Assembly: GCA_046539845.1 (NCBI GenBank)
Contig: JBKHGE010000001.1
Span: 124,001 to 188,000, forward strand
Length of the DNA: 64,000 nucleotides
DNA from: Desulfonatronovibrionaceae bacterium
Lineage (GTDB): Bacteria; Desulfobacterota; Desulfovibrionia; Desulfovibrionales; Desulfonatronovibrionaceae
Direction: 5' to 3'
Made by a program: the position numbers and the translations under genes. Every line of letters starts with the position of its first letter. Within the stretch, counting starts at the first letter, position 1. Below, one piece after another: positions 62,558-64,000 of the stretch. The notes beneath the pieces were generated by a model. The model made no database searches. It was not told where the DNA came from and saw only the letters and a list, made by a program, of their open reading frames with translations.

Positions 62558-62839
62558 ATGGAGGAAGAAAGTGTAACCCGAGAGGTGGTGCTGCGCAGCA
62601 AATGGGGGCTGCATGCCCGGCCCGCAGCCAGGCTGGCCCAGGAGGCGCAGAAATTCAAGTCTGAGATAAGGCTGGGACTTGATGGCAGGGAAGTGGATGC
62701 CAAGAGCATCCTGGATGTGCTCACACTGGCCGCCTCCGGGGGAGCAAAACTGCAGATCGTGGCCGCGGGAGCGGATGCAAAAAAGGCGGTAACGCATTTG
62801 AGCGGCTTGCTGGAAAGCCGGCTCGAAGAGGATAGGTAA
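62558..62839 (+). CDS. ptsH: Phosphocarrier protein HPr
   Basis: GLHARPAA (phospho-His), DAKSIL (regulatory Ser); start approximate. Confidence 0.93.
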   Translation: MEEESVTREVVLRSKWGLHARPAARLAQEAQKFKSEIRLGLDGREVDAKSILDVLTLAASGGAKLQIVAAGADAKKAVTHLSGLLESRLEEDR

Positions 62840-64000
62840 TGGCCAGAAAGGTGCTCTCCGGTATTCCGGTTTCCAACGGCATGGCAATCGGCAAGGCCTT
62901 TTTTTTGAACAGGGGCATTGGCGCTGCCGTTCCCCGGTTGAGCGTACCCGAGGAGGAGGTGGACCACGAGTTTTCCCGCCTTTCCCGGGCTGTGGCTGCT
63001 GCTGTCGAGGATCTGAACGCGGTACGCGCAAAGGTCCCCAAGGACTTACGGGAACACGCCGCCATTCTGGATTCCCACCTGATGATCCTCAAGGATAACA
63101 AGCTGGTCAGCTCGGCGGAAAAATATATTCGGGAGAAGAAAATCAATGCCGAGTGGGCCCTGGAAAAGGCGGTCCATGATATCCGCCGGGCCTTTGAATC
63201 GATTGATGACGAGTATATCCGCCAGCGTATCCAAGACGTGGATCTGGTGGCCTTCAGGGTGCAAAACAGGCTCTCCGGCGGCAAGGAATCTATATCCGCC
63301 ATCTCCAGCCGGGTAATCCTTTTGGCCCACGATCTGTCTCCTGCGGACACCATAGAGCTGGAGGTGGACAAGATAATGGCCTTTGCCACCACCCTGGGAG
63401 GCAAGACCTCTCATGCCGGAATCATGGCCCGCTCCCTGCAGATTCCGGCGGTGGTGGCGGTTGAGGGTCTGGAGGAATATATCCTGGACGGAGAGATCAT
63501 CATCCTGGACGGCCTGCATGGCCAGATTATAATCGCCCCGGATGAAAAGGAGCTGGCCCATTATTCGGAACTGAAATACCAGTTCGAGGCCTACCAGGGG
63601 ACTATCAGCCGCTGCTGCCATCTGCCGGCGGAGACCAGGGATGGCTATCAGGTCAAGGTCATGGCCAATATAGAGCTTTTTGAGGAAGTGGCCGCGGTTA
63701 TTGACCACGGCGGTGAAGGCATCGGCTTGTACCGCACCGAATACAGCTATCTGAATCGGGACCGCCTCCCCGGCGAGGATGAGCTTTTCGAGGAATACCG
63801 CGATTTGGCCTCGATTATCTATCCAAATAACGTGATTATCCGTACCCTAGATCTCGGCTCGGACAAGATCGCCTCCTTTGTTCAACCTATTGAGGAGGCC
63901 AATCCGGCCATGGGGCTTCGGGCCATTCGTTTCTGTCAGAAGTATCCCCATATCTTCCGCACCCAGCTTCGGGCCATACTCCGAGCCAGCGTGGTGGGCA
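62839..64000 (+). CDS. ptsI: PEP-protein phosphotransferase, enzyme I (runs off the window)
   Basis: Absent from the ORF track; ATG overlaps the HPr stop (TAATG). MARKVLSGIPVSNG, GGKTSHAGIMARS, GIGLYRTE, RTLDLGSDK, NPAMGLRAIR. Confidence 0.95.
   Translation, partial: MARKVLSGIPVSNGMAIGKAFFLNRGIGAAVPRLSVPEEEVDHEFSRLSRAVAAAVEDLNAVRAKVPKDLREHAAILDSHLMILKDNKLVSSAEKYIREKKINAEWALEKAVHDIRRAFESIDDEYIRQRIQDVDLVAFRVQNRLSGGKESISAISSRVILLAHDLSPADTIELEVDKIMAFATTLGGKTSHAGIMARSLQIPAVVAVEGLEEYILDGEIIILDGLHGQIIIAPDEKELAHYSELKYQFEAYQGTISRCCHLPAETRDGYQVKVMANIELFEEVAAVIDHGGEGIGLYRTEYSYLNRDRLPGEDELFEEYRDLASIIYPNNVIIRTLDLGSDKIASFVQPIEEANPAMGLRAIRFCQKYPHIFRTQLRAILRASVVG

Overview
Core chromosomal region around the probable replication origin of a Desulfovibrionales-like deltaproteobacterium; the taxon is inferred from gene content and order. 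Left of the origin, all on the minus strand: hemL, cysC, an Xaa-Pro peptidase, a larE-like gene and a DUF39 homocysteine-synthesis gene. Then dnaA-dnaN-gyrB-gyrA (no recF), malQ/glgB, holB/purA, an mltF-like gene, purH-like/RNase II/coaX/eno/folD, and MEMO/TPR/sigma-54 regulator. Next come tRNA-Leu, ribF-clc, an LPS/oligosaccharide cluster (GT4/GT9 transferases, WaaL, MsbA, deacetylase) containing a SWIM-SNF2 helicase, larB and a polar amino-acid ABC transporter. The window ends with a second sigma-54 regulator, an aminotransferase and the ffh-rpsP-khpA-rimM-trmD-rplS-rnhB-yraN-rsmI-PTS(IID,HPr,EI) block. I found no prophage, CRISPR array or transposase, and I cannot demonstrate a wholly new system. 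The best leads are: (1) an exported TPR protein with ten tandem N-A-T N-glycosylation sequons (16 sequons in one linker); (2) a 224-bp MITE with a TTAG target duplication that holds a nested 18-bp inverted-repeat element, supplies a gene's stop codon and has two decayed relatives in the window; (3) a divergent DnaA next to an AT-rich spacer with non-canonical repeats; (4) a sulfur-handling gene run (DUF39, three-Cys LarE, CysC). All calls come from reading motifs by eye; no database searches were run.
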